Assembly: GCF_047289955.1 (NCBI RefSeq)
Contig: NZ_JBLBUB010000028.1
Location: 1,851 to 65,850 of the forward strand
Length of the DNA: 64,000 nucleotides
Reading direction: 5' to 3'
Source of the DNA: Microbulbifer sp. 2304DJ12-6
GTDB lineage: Bacteria; Pseudomonadota; Gammaproteobacteria; Pseudomonadales; Cellvibrionaceae
Made by a program: the position numbers and the translations under genes. Positions within the stretch are counted from its first letter, which is position 1. The number at the start of each line of letters is the position of its first letter. This document shows, piece after piece, positions 50,425 through 58,614 of this stretch. The notes beneath the pieces were generated by a model. That model saw nothing but the letters and a program-made list of their open reading frames with translations. It did no database searches and had not been told where the DNA came from.

Positions 50425-51654
50425 ATGACTCAGCAATCTTACGAAGTAATGCAGGACGGCGGCGTGCCAATCAAATCCTGGACGGTAGGTGTGCCTTTTG
50501 AGGCTGAGGCGAAAGAGCAGCTGAAGAATATTTCACGGATGCCCTTTATTCATCGGTGGGTGGCTGCAATGCCCGATGTACATCTGGGTAAAGGCGCAAC
50601 TATTGGTAGTGTGGTACCGACGCTGGGGGCAGTGATCCCTGCGGCAGTTGGTGTGGATATTGGCTGCGGAATGATGGCGGTGCGAACCAGCCTGAAAGCC
50701 GGCCAGCTGCCGGATAACCTCGCGGGTGTGCGTAATGCTATAGAGCGTGTTGTGCCTCATGGTCGTACCAGTGGTCGACGGGGCAAGGGTCGAGATAAGG
50801 GGGCCTGGGCTAATTTGCCTGATGATGTGATGGCTGCATGGGCGCCACTGTCAGCCCAGTTTGATGTGTTGAAAGAGAAGCACGGTGTGCTGAAGAATAC
50901 GAATAACATCAATCATTTGGGGACACTGGGAACGGGCAACCATTTTATCGAGATGTGTTTGGATGAGCACGAAAACGTGTGGTTGATGCTGCATAGTGGA
51001 TCCCGTGGTGTGGGAAACCGAATCGGTACGCATTTTATTGAAATGGCGAAGAAGGATATGGAGCGTTGGCATATTCGTCTGCCTGATTCGGATCTGGCCT
51101 ATCTGCCAGAAGGCTCGAATCACTTTGATGAGTATGTTGAAGCGGTCGAATGGGCTCAGAACTTTGCGCGTATTAATCGTGAGGTGATGATGGCTCGGGT
51201 TATCAAGGCAGTGAAGGATTCACTGGGGATGGACTTTGAAGCACGTATGGAAGCGGTCAATTGCCACCATAACTATATCTCCCGCGAACATCACTACGGG
51301 GAAAATGTGCTGGTAACTCGAAAAGGTGCCGTTCGTGCCCGCGCTGGAGAGATGGGTATTATCCCGGGAAGCATGGGCGCACGTTCATTCATTGTACGAG
51401 GCTTGGGTAACGAAGAGAGCTTTTGTAGCTGTAGCCATGGTGCGGGGCGAGTGATGTCACGCACCAAGGCGAAAAAGTTGGTCTCGCTGGAAACGCATCG
51501 TCAGGCAACTGCAGGGGTAGAGTGCAGAAAGGATGCAGGTGTGATTGATGAAACGCCTTCAGCCTATAAGTCAATTGAAAAGGTGATGGAGGCTCAAAAG
51601 GATCTTGTTGAAGTTGTATACACCCTAAAGCAAGTGGTGTGTGTGAAAGGGTAA
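50425..51654 (+). CDS. rtcB: RtcB RNA 3'-phosphate/2',3'-cyclic phosphate ligase
   Basis: Near-collinear with E. coli RtcB as recalled from memory: MPFIHRWVAAMPDVHLGKG, GTLGTGNHFIE, NCHHNY, SCSHGAGR. The ORF track opens at 50377, but alignment favours ATG 50425 (MTQQSYEV...). Confidence 0.9.
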   Translation: MTQQSYEVMQDGGVPIKSWTVGVPFEAEAKEQLKNISRMPFIHRWVAAMPDVHLGKGATIGSVVPTLGAVIPAAVGVDIGCGMMAVRTSLKAGQLPDNLAGVRNAIERVVPHGRTSGRRGKGRDKGAWANLPDDVMAAWAPLSAQFDVLKEKHGVLKNTNNINHLGTLGTGNHFIEMCLDEHENVWLMLHSGSRGVGNRIGTHFIEMAKKDMERWHIRLPDSDLAYLPEGSNHFDEYVEAVEWAQNFARINREVMMARVIKAVKDSLGMDFEARMEAVNCHHNYISREHHYGENVLVTRKGAVRARAGEMGIIPGSMGARSFIVRGLGNEESFCSCSHGAGRVMSRTKAKKLVSLETHRQATAGVECRKDAGVIDETPSAYKSIEKVMEAQKDLVEVVYTLKQVVCVKG

Positions 51655-51852
51655 AGGAATACTGAGTTTGCCAGGGGATGGCGAACGCTAAAAAGCGTTG
51701 CAGAGATTATAGGGCGTGCTGATGTGGGGGGAGTGTCACCACCTAAAATGATTGACATGCAGGTGGCCAGGTAAAACGGGTGACAACGCAATCAGCGCTT
51801 GGCGTAGGGTTGAGGATGCAGGCTCGATGCTCTGACGCGGGTGTCAGCTGGC

Positions 51853-51934
51853 GGGCGTTTCCAAGTCTATTGCAGGCCGGAAGTAATACTCCAGTTGTTG
51901 TTATCCACGGGTTCGAATCCCGTCACGTCCACCA
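51853..51934 (+). ncRNA. tRNA-like element (tRNA 3' half: T-arm, acceptor 3' strand, CCA) in the rtcB-rtcA spacer
   Basis: 51907-51923 is ACGGG-TTCGAAT-CCCGT, a canonical T-stem-loop. It is followed by CACGTCC-A-CCA ending at 51934, 8 nt before the rtcA start. A possible 5' acceptor partner GGGCGTT at 51853-51859 gives 6 of 7 pairs. D and anticodon arms could not be folded by eye. Confidence 0.35.
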
Positions 51935-51942
51935 GATAAATA

Positions 51943-52986
51943 TTGAAGGAAGATAAAGTGATTGTAATTGATGGTTCACAAGGGGAAGGTGGCGGACAAA
52001 TTTTCAGAACAACACTGACCCTGGCGATGTGTTTAGGTAAGCCGGTTCGGATTAAAAATATCCGCGCGGGAAGAAATCGCCCTGGACTATTGCGACAGCA
52101 TCTTGCCTGCTTGCGCGCAGCAAAAGAAATTAGCGGTGCAGCAGTGACAGGTGATGAGCTTGGCTCTTCGGTTGTGACTTTCGAGCCCGGTAAGGTTAAG
52201 CCAGGGGAATACCGGTTTGCGATTGGCTCTGCCGGGAGCACCACCTTGGTGTTTCAGACAGTTCTGATGCCGTTGCTGTTGGCGGGCGGTATGAGTGAGT
52301 TGTATCTGGAAGGTGGGACACATAATGGTATGGCGCCGAGCTTCGATTTCATTGAGCAATGTTTTTTGCCGGTGTTGTCAGGAATTGGATGCCGCGTAGA
52401 GGTTGATCTCGAACGATATGGGTTTTATCCAGCTGGCGGAGGCGCTTGGTGTGTGAGGATTCATCCTGCGAATAAAATTCAGCCCCTGACCCTAGTGGAG
52501 CGTGGCGAAGTGATCAGTATGGAGGCGGTAGCGCTGTCGGCTCGTATCCCTTCGCATGTTACTGAACGGGAGTTAAGCCAAGTAAAGAAAAAGTGCTATT
52601 GGCCTGAGTCTTCGTTGAATCAAAGGCTCGTCAGCTCAGCGGGGCCGGGGAATATGGTCTCTCTTCGAGTGAATGTTGGAGAGGTTACTGAGGTATTTGA
52701 GTCTGTGGGGGAGCGTAACGTCAGCGCAGAGCGGGTGGCGGGTCGTGCGATCAGAGAGTTGAAGCGCTATCTGGAGGCAGGTGTTCCAGTGGGGGAGCAT
52801 TTGGCCGATCAGCTAGTGTTGCCGATGGCACTGGGAGGTGGTGGGTGCGTTCAAACACTGAAGCCTAGTCAGCACCTTCTGACCAATATTGAGGTTATCA
52901 AGGCTATTGCTGATGTGAAAATAGTTCTCACTGAGAATGGTGATGATGACTGGGATGTTATAGTCAGTCAGAAAATTGAGGGTTAA
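51943..52986 (+). CDS. rtcA: RtcA RNA 3'-terminal phosphate cyclase
   Basis: TTG start. Conserved IDGSQGEGGGQIFRT..LAMCLGKPVRI..NIRAGR and C-terminal blocks. Confidence 0.9.
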   Translation: MKEDKVIVIDGSQGEGGGQIFRTTLTLAMCLGKPVRIKNIRAGRNRPGLLRQHLACLRAAKEISGAAVTGDELGSSVVTFEPGKVKPGEYRFAIGSAGSTTLVFQTVLMPLLLAGGMSELYLEGGTHNGMAPSFDFIEQCFLPVLSGIGCRVEVDLERYGFYPAGGGAWCVRIHPANKIQPLTLVERGEVISMEAVALSARIPSHVTERELSQVKKKCYWPESSLNQRLVSSAGPGNMVSLRVNVGEVTEVFESVGERNVSAERVAGRAIRELKRYLEAGVPVGEHLADQLVLPMALGGGGCVQTLKPSQHLLTNIEVIKAIADVKIVLTENGDDDWDVIVSQKIEG

Positions 52987-53064
52987 AAAGCACTAGGTGG
53001 AAGTTGGATTATTAAATTTCGTTTGTGAATTTTAAAAGGAAATAAAGTTTTTGTTAAAAATAGG

Positions 53065-53092
53065 TTGACATTTTTTTTGTGAAGCCTAACAT
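53065..53092 (+). promoter_or_regulatory. Sigma70-like promoter candidate (TTGACA-N16-TAACAT)
   Basis: Exact -35 hexamer TTGACA, 16-nt spacer, -10 TAACAT, in an AT-rich tract downstream of rtcA. Confidence 0.4.
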
Positions 53093-53198
53093 TGCGATCC
53101 AACAAATGATTGGTTTTTAAATTTCTGGAATTAAAGATAATAATTTTTGGAACTGTAAATTAATCAACAGAGCTGCTTTAAAAACAGTTGAGAGCGCA

Positions 53199-53312
53199 AT
53201 GAAACAGGCCACTACAAAAGTACAGCAACAACCGATGACGCACCATAGCGTGTGTTCGGAACGTTGTGCGTTTCCCATGCATGGGCAGGGATTGGGCAAC
53301 AATACATAGTCG
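53199..53312 (+). CDS. Small Cys/His-containing 37-aa ORF (MKQATTKVQQQPMTHHSVCSERCAFPMHGQGLGNNT), hypothetical
   Basis: Lies between the promoter candidate and a strong terminator. Weak SD (GAGAG). Coding status is uncertain and it could be part of an sRNA. Confidence 0.25.
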
Positions 53313-53382
53313 CGTCTTTCTTTGTGGAAGGCGTAACGGCCTTCTGAGAATTTAAGAGTTAATAGTAAACTCTTTTAAACCC

Positions 53383-53427
53383 GGTAGGCCATCTCACCAG
53401 TAGAGATAAACTACCGGGTTTTTTTAT
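53383..53427 (+). terminator. Rho-independent terminator
   Basis: 8-bp stem CCCGGTAG / CTACCGGG, then TTTTTTT. Confidence 0.55.
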
Positions 53428-53858
53428 GCCTGAGAAAAGGTGTTTAAGGTATGAGGTTTTAGATTGGTGCGAACGAGCAGCTGTATTCTGGTGAGTAACT
53501 ATATGCAAATAAATAGGCATGTAACAAAACAACAATGCCCGAATTTGTTTTTACAAAATCGTGGACAGGGGGAGCGTGCATTTAATGTAAATACACTTTC
53601 AGTTCTTGATCAGGCAGAGCATCGTTGTAATCAACAAATACAAGTCATGGATAAATTAAGTATGTAGTCCTTCGGAAATCCCGGAAGGCTGCGGCCAGTC
53701 GGGATAATTAGAAAAGAAATTTTCGAAAACCCCGTCTAGCAATCCTGGTCGGGGTTTTTGTTTGCAGGAAGCAAAGTAAGCCGCGACTGTATGGATACCC
53801 AAAACACTTCGCGGGGCAGGCTCTGCAGAAGAGAAGCAGTTTTTAATAGATAAATTTT

Positions 53859-53933
53859 TGGTCTGTAGCTGAGTGGTAAAGCGTCCGGCTGTTAACCGGA
53901 AGATCGTAGGTTCAATCCCTACCAGACCAGCCA
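53859..53933 (+). tRNA. tRNA-Asn (anticodon GUU)
   Basis: Acceptor TGGTCTG/CAGACCA. D-arm GCTGAGTGGTAAAGC. Anticodon arm TCCGG-CTGTTAA-CCGGA. T-arm GTAGG-TTCAATC-CCTAC. Discriminator G and encoded CCA. Confidence 0.85.
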
Positions 53934-53955
53934 GTTCCTTGATGGGAAGAGTAAT

Positions 53956-54029
53956 GGTGATGTTAGCTCAGTGGTAGAGCGCCTGGCTGTGGACCAGGAG
54001 ATCAGGGTTCGATTCCCGGCATCACCCCA
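53956..54029 (+). tRNA. tRNA-His (anticodon GUG) with G-1
   Basis: Extra 5' G pairing with discriminator C. Acceptor GTGATGT/GCATCAC. D-arm GCTCAGTGGTAGAGC. Anticodon arm CCTGG-CTGTGGA-CCAGG. TTCGATT T-loop. CCA encoded. Confidence 0.8.
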
Positions 54030-54065
54030 ATAATTTGAAAGCAGTAGAAAGAGGTAAAGAAGTTT

Positions 54066-54141
54066 AGCAGGTGTAGCTCAATAGGTAGAGCAGGTGCCTT
54101 CCAAACACCGGGTTGAGGGTTCGAGATCCTTGGCCCTCTCC
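54066..54141 (+). tRNA. tRNA-like gene with an aberrant acceptor stem (possible pseudo or chimeric tRNA; anticodon loop reads CUUCCAA/UUCCAAA, Gly-UCC or Trp-CCA)
   Basis: Good D-arm (TA-GCTC-AATAGGTA-GAGC) and T-loop (TTCGAGA), with 3' CCA. The 5' strand GCAGGTG is not complementary to the 3' strand GGCCCTC. The anticodon stem has a C:A mismatch. Confidence 0.4.
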
Positions 54142-54267
54142 AGGATCAATGAATGCATGTGGGATAGCTTCATCCAGTCCGAGGGCTCCAGAAAAAATTC
54201 CGCGAAAGTGCGAGGAGTGGAAAATAACAAGGTGTGGATGACGCCTGATAAAAAAGAGAGAAAGGAA

Positions 54268-54831
54268 ATGACAAGTCTAGTTCGAATTCTTAGATTGAAT
54301 AAAGCTGGACTGCCTCAGGCATGGGTAAGTCGCGAAGAGGCGGCAACTTTATATGTTAAAGATCAGGTGTTGTGGAGCTTGGGAAGTGAGTCATTTCGTT
54401 TGAATGGTGGCTATAACCAAATCGGTGAGCGTTCCCATTTAAAGCTAGCTCCAATTATCGCTTGCACGGGCAAAACAGGGAAAAAGAGTTTTACTCCGGC
54501 ACTAAGCAACCGAATGTTGTTTAGGCGTGATGGACATCGATGTATGTACTGTGGGTTTGAGTTTGACGACCGTAGTCTGACACGAGACCACATTATTCCT
54601 AGAGTTCAGGGTGGCCCTGATAGCTGGAAAAATGTTGTGGCCGCTTGCGTCAGGTGCAATGGGCATAAAGGGGGGCGTACTCCTGAACAAGCAGGTATGG
54701 AATTAATGGCCATTCCGTTTGTGCCAAATGTATTTGAATTTATGTACTTGGCTAATCGCCTGATTCGAGGTGATCAGATGGAGTACTTACAGTCCCGGTT
54801 TACCGGGCAAAGATGTTGGGAAGCGGCGTAG
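54268..54831 (+). CDS. HNH endonuclease, about 187 aa
   Basis: ATG 54268 with an AGGA SD. C-terminal HNH motif RRDGHRCMYCGFEFDDRSLTRDHIIPRVQGG...NVVAACVRCNGHKGG. The ORF track's longer version (from 54094) runs into the tRNA-like gene and is unlikely. Confidence 0.8.
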   Translation: MTSLVRILRLNKAGLPQAWVSREEAATLYVKDQVLWSLGSESFRLNGGYNQIGERSHLKLAPIIACTGKTGKKSFTPALSNRMLFRRDGHRCMYCGFEFDDRSLTRDHIIPRVQGGPDSWKNVVAACVRCNGHKGGRTPEQAGMELMAIPFVPNVFEFMYLANRLIRGDQMEYLQSRFTGQRCWEAA

Positions 54832-54951
54832 CCGTCCTCTCACAAAAGAGTTTGGGAAGTTTTATCAAGTTAGCGGAGCCGGTTCTGACAGCCTGCACGG
54901 CACAAGCATCTCTGATGTGTTGTGTACCAAGTTGATAAAAGCCTAAACACC

Positions 54952-55025
54952 TACTTTGTAGCTCAGTTGGGTAGAGCAGTCGACTAATAATCGATCGGGC
55001 GCAGGTTCAATTCCTGCCAAAGTAT
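54952..55025 (+). tRNA. tRNA with an unusual anticodon AAU (would read Ile AUU); well-formed cloverleaf, CCA not encoded
   Basis: Acceptor TACTTTG/CAAAGTA (7/7). U8. D-arm GCTC-AGTTGGGTA-GAGC. Anticodon arm GTCGA-CTAATAA-TCGAT (U33, A37). Variable loop CGGGC. T-arm GCAGG-TTCAATT-CCTGC. Discriminator T. Confidence 0.7.
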
Positions 55026-55059
55026 CCGTCGTCTAAAAAACGACTCATTGGTAAAGGCG

Positions 55060-55106
55060 AGAGCCAGGGGTTCAAATCCCCACAGGACTATCATCCCTGA
55101 TTGAAA
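55060..55106 (+). other. Orphan tRNA 3'-half-like fragment (T-arm GGGG-TTCAAAT-CCCC plus ACAGGAC-T), with no 5' partner
   Basis: GCCAGGGGTTCAAATCCCCACAGGACTA lies immediately after the AAU tRNA. The complementary 5' acceptor strand is absent, suggesting an att-site-like remnant of an integration or recombination event. Confidence 0.4.
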
Positions 55107-55419
55107 TCTACTAGAGGTCCATGACTCTGGGTTATTAATCGATGGCAAGTGGTTGCAAAACCGATTGCCCGGATCTTTGACATAGGGCGCCGGTATTGTT
55201 GCCGTTGGTGGTGGGTTTGTTGAGTGCGATGTCACTACATGTTTTCAAGATGTTATTACATGAGCCAAGTAAGTTCTCAGGAAGAGAGCCTCATAGAATA
55301 ACCAAGAAAACCTCTGTATTGACATCCCGTTTAGCACAAGCAATCAACCGCAGCTTTGCTGGGTGGACCTCGCTCTTTATATAAGGGTATTGAGAAAAGG
55401 AAATCTGAACGCGGTAAGA

Positions 55420-56595
55420 ATGATGAAATCACTATTTAAAATGTGGAACACCTTGGATATTGCGGATAACGAGCGAGCATTGTTATTCCGCCGGAATCGA
55501 TTTGAGTTGGTTCTAAAGCCGGGTCGTCACCGGGTACAGGTGATGACTGGTGGTGTGCGAATTGAAACATACGATGTGACCGATGTGGTCTTCACGGCGG
55601 CCAAGGCAAAATTTTTGCTAAATACTCACTCAAGTATACTGAGAGAGTATCTGGAGTCCTATGAACTGACTGATTATCAAGTAGGTTTGTTCTACCGGGA
55701 TGGCCACTTGGTCGATATTATCCCACCTGGGTCATTCCGTGCTGTATGGAAAGATGTTGAGGATGTTCGGCTGGATATTATCGATATCAGTGAGGCGTAT
55801 GCTATCGATGAAAAGCTACTCGGCTTGCTCGGTCGTGGGGCAAAGGTCGGTCAGTGTAAAACAGCTGTGCAAGCCATTAGCTACACTGAGGTGCCCGATG
55901 AGCATGTGGGTTTGCTGTTGGTTAACGGCAAGTTCGAGAAGTTACTGCAGCCTGGCAGCTATGGTTACTGGAAATATAATCGTTCCGTCACTGTTAAACT
56001 GTTAGATCTTCGCCTGCAAGCCATTGAGGTGAGTGGCCAGGAGATCCTGACTAAGGATCGGGTCAGTTTACGTGTTAACCTGACCGGCAGTTATAGAGTG
56101 ACAGATCCTCAGGTTGTTGCGTTGAAACTGAACGACTACAGCGGGTTTATCTACCGAGAATTACAGCTGCGACTGCGTGAGGCGGTTGGAACTCAAGCCC
56201 TGGATAGCCTGCTTGAAGATAAAGACAGTCTCAATCTTGTGATTGCCGATGGTATTCGTGAAAGACTGGCAGAATATGGCATTGAGATGATCAGTGTTGG
56301 CGTAAAGGATATTATCCTGCCTGGTGATATGAAGGTGATCTTGAATCAAGTGGTTGAGGCTCAAAAAGAGTCAGAGGCTAACCTGATTAAACGCCGTGAG
56401 GAAACTCAAGCGATGCGATCACTGCATAACACCGCCAAGATGATGGATAACAATCCAACGCTACTGCGCTTGAAAGAGCTGGAGGCGCTGGAACGCATCA
56501 CAGGGCGTATCGATAAGATCTCTGTTTACGGCGGTCTTGATGGTGTGCTGAATGACTTGGTCAAGCTGGCACCCAGGGCTAAGTCTGACGGATAA
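55420..56595 (+). CDS. SPFH/band-7 domain protein (stomatin/prohibitin-like); the ORF track's alternative start is GTG 55363
   Basis: SPFH signature across ILTKDRVSLRVNLTGSYRVTDPQVV...VGVKDIILPGDMKVILNQVVEAQKESEANLIKRREETQAM, plus a C-terminal coiled-coil. A TATATAAG -10-like box at about 55389 favours ATG 55420. Confidence 0.75.
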   Translation: MMKSLFKMWNTLDIADNERALLFRRNRFELVLKPGRHRVQVMTGGVRIETYDVTDVVFTAAKAKFLLNTHSSILREYLESYELTDYQVGLFYRDGHLVDIIPPGSFRAVWKDVEDVRLDIIDISEAYAIDEKLLGLLGRGAKVGQCKTAVQAISYTEVPDEHVGLLLVNGKFEKLLQPGSYGYWKYNRSVTVKLLDLRLQAIEVSGQEILTKDRVSLRVNLTGSYRVTDPQVVALKLNDYSGFIYRELQLRLREAVGTQALDSLLEDKDSLNLVIADGIRERLAEYGIEMISVGVKDIILPGDMKVILNQVVEAQKESEANLIKRREETQAMRSLHNTAKMMDNNPTLLRLKELEALERITGRIDKISVYGGLDGVLNDLVKLAPRAKSDG

Positions 56596-56694
56596 GTCAC
56601 CGGTTAATACCGGTGGTTGCTCCCTATACATGGATAAAGCAAGATGCGAGTCGAAATGATATTTTGTGCTGGCCGTTCATGTCAAAAATAAAGA

Positions 56695-56922
56695 GTGAAA
56701 ATGAAACAAGATAATTTATTGCAGACAATTTATAACAATCATGAATCCCTTTATGAGCAGGTGAAAGTTCATCTTGAGCAGGGTGCTGACTTTAATCGGG
56801 TTACATCCTATGGTGAGTCTGCACTAAGAGTGGCGTCGAATAATGGTCGTGTTGATGTTATTAAGCTTCTTCTTGAACATGGTGCTGATGAAGGTCAGCT
56901 GGAAGAAGGCGTTTGGGTTTAG
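56695..56922 (+). CDS. Small ankyrin-repeat protein, 75 aa; may continue by frameshift into the 56913-57107 ORF
   Basis: GESALRVASNNGRVDVIKLLLEHGAD is a canonical ankyrin repeat. An overlapping downstream ORF in the +1 frame suggests a frameshift or two short genes. Confidence 0.55.
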   Translation: MKMKQDNLLQTIYNNHESLYEQVKVHLEQGADFNRVTSYGESALRVASNNGRVDVIKLLLEHGADEGQLEEGVWV

Positions 56923-57163
56923 AGAATAGAGGGTATCCTCAGGCTGAGTTGTTGCTGGCGTGCGGTGTTGCGGCGAAGGGTGCAAATATCAGGCCGTTAC
57001 TGGATGATGGTTATGAAGGGTTAAAACTGGCGGAGCAGATCCGCCGCCTGCGAATCACATCCATTGCCCGGTTTATGGCGCAGTGGCATGAACTCCCCGG
57101 TCAATAATTTTTAGCAGTAATACCAAGGGGGGAATCCCTTGTTTATACAAGGTTAGTAGGACA

Positions 57164-58090
57164 ATGAGCAGTAAAACACAGTATCTCATTAAGCAGGGGT
57201 TGCTTACATCGCCCCCCAAGTTCCTTGAGACGGGGGTGCAGTATGAGGTCGTCATGGGGTCCATCGCCTATGGGGTTGCCGAAGATCATTCGGATATGGA
57301 TGTCTATGGATTCGCCATTCCCCCAAGAGATTGGGTGTTTCCGCATCTTAGAGGCGAGATACCTGGCTTTGATGAAGCGGGCCCTCAGTTTGAGCAGATC
57401 CAGCAGCATCATATGATCGATAAGTCTGGGATGGGCGGTAAGGGGCGCGAGTACGACCTCACCCTATATTCGATAGTGAAGTACTTTCGTTTACTAATGG
57501 AAAACAACCCAAATATTATCGACTCTCTGTTTGTGCCCCGAAACTGTGTCCTATATAGCACAGCTGTTGGTGAGCTGGTGCGGGAGCGCAGACAGCTATT
57601 CCTGCATAAGGGGTGCTGGGCACGATTTAAAGGCTATGCCTATGCTCAGGTGCATAAGATGCGTACCAAAGTTCCTGAGGGTGGCCGGAAAGAGATCATC
57701 GAAAAGTTTGGTTACGATGTGAAATTTGCCTACCACGTGGTACGCCTTCTCAATGAGGTAGAACAAATTCTGGTTGAAGAAGATCTAGATCTCGCTAGAA
57801 ACAAGGAACAGCTGAAAGCGATACGTCGTGGAGAATGGTCTCAGCAGGCAGTGGAAGACTACTTCTCAGATAAAGAAAATCAGCTGGAGAAACTGTATCT
57901 GGAAAGTAAGCTCCCAGCAGTGCCTGAGTCGGCTTCTATTAAAGAACTATTAATGCAGTGTCTTGAGCAGCATTATGGCTCACTTGAGCAGTGTGTTGTT
58001 CGAGAGGATGAAGCATTGATTGCATTGCGAGAAATTGAATCGATCACTGTTCGCGTGAGAACAGGCAAGATGAGTATTGAGAGAAAGTAA
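57164..58090 (+). CDS. Pol-beta-superfamily nucleotidyltransferase, 308 aa, unknown specificity
   Basis: N-terminal minimal NTase motif GSIAYGVAEDHSDMDVYGF (GS-x9-DhD), then an approximately 230-aa helical domain. Sits 520 nt upstream of rtcB2-prfH. Confidence 0.6.
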   Translation: MSSKTQYLIKQGLLTSPPKFLETGVQYEVVMGSIAYGVAEDHSDMDVYGFAIPPRDWVFPHLRGEIPGFDEAGPQFEQIQQHHMIDKSGMGGKGREYDLTLYSIVKYFRLLMENNPNIIDSLFVPRNCVLYSTAVGELVRERRQLFLHKGCWARFKGYAYAQVHKMRTKVPEGGRKEIIEKFGYDVKFAYHVVRLLNEVEQILVEEDLDLARNKEQLKAIRRGEWSQQAVEDYFSDKENQLEKLYLESKLPAVPESASIKELLMQCLEQHYGSLEQCVVREDEALIALREIESITVRVRTGKMSIERK

Positions 58091-58614
58091 ATATTTCTGC
58101 AAATTCAAAATAAGTGCTTGCGACCATGCTTAGAACCGACTATAGTTCGCACAACTCTTATCCCGGTACGTTTTCTAGTTAAGACGTACACTCTAAACAG
58201 GAGGCTTAATATGATTAACACAAAAATTATTTACACAATGTTGGGCTTCGCTGCCAAGACTTATTTTAGCTAAGTCTATTTATTTCCCTCTACGGGAGAA
58301 GTTCTACAACATTAGCTTGTTTTAAGATCGGTTCTAAATCGATAGTGACTGCCTCGAAGTTTAAATAGCTTTGAGGCTATGCTTTCGTGTGTCTAATCGG
58401 TCTAGGCTTTGATGTTCCCAATATTTTTCTTTGGCTTTTCTGCGCCTGCACTAGATCACTTTTTAATGGTGTTTGTCTCTGCAAGTCGCGTCTGCTAGTT
58501 GTAAGAAATGCCAGAGATCTCTCTACGTTATTAATACGTTTGAAAATAACAATTTTCGAGCGAGAGACGGTTTTGCCTAAAAAAAGTATAACTTTCTGGA
58601 TCACGGTTAGAACA

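Noticed and set aside
55060-55106. tmRNA (ssrA) 3' end, because of the GGGG-TTCAAAT-CCCC T-arm
   Set aside because: The downstream acceptor sequence ACAGGACTA does not resemble the conserved ssrA 3' end (...GCTCCACCA). No tmRNA body is upstream.
58440-58460. Possible sigma54 promoter (TGGC-N-TGCGC) upstream of rtcB2
   Set aside because: The GG to GC spacing is about 3 nt too short for a functional -24/-12 element.
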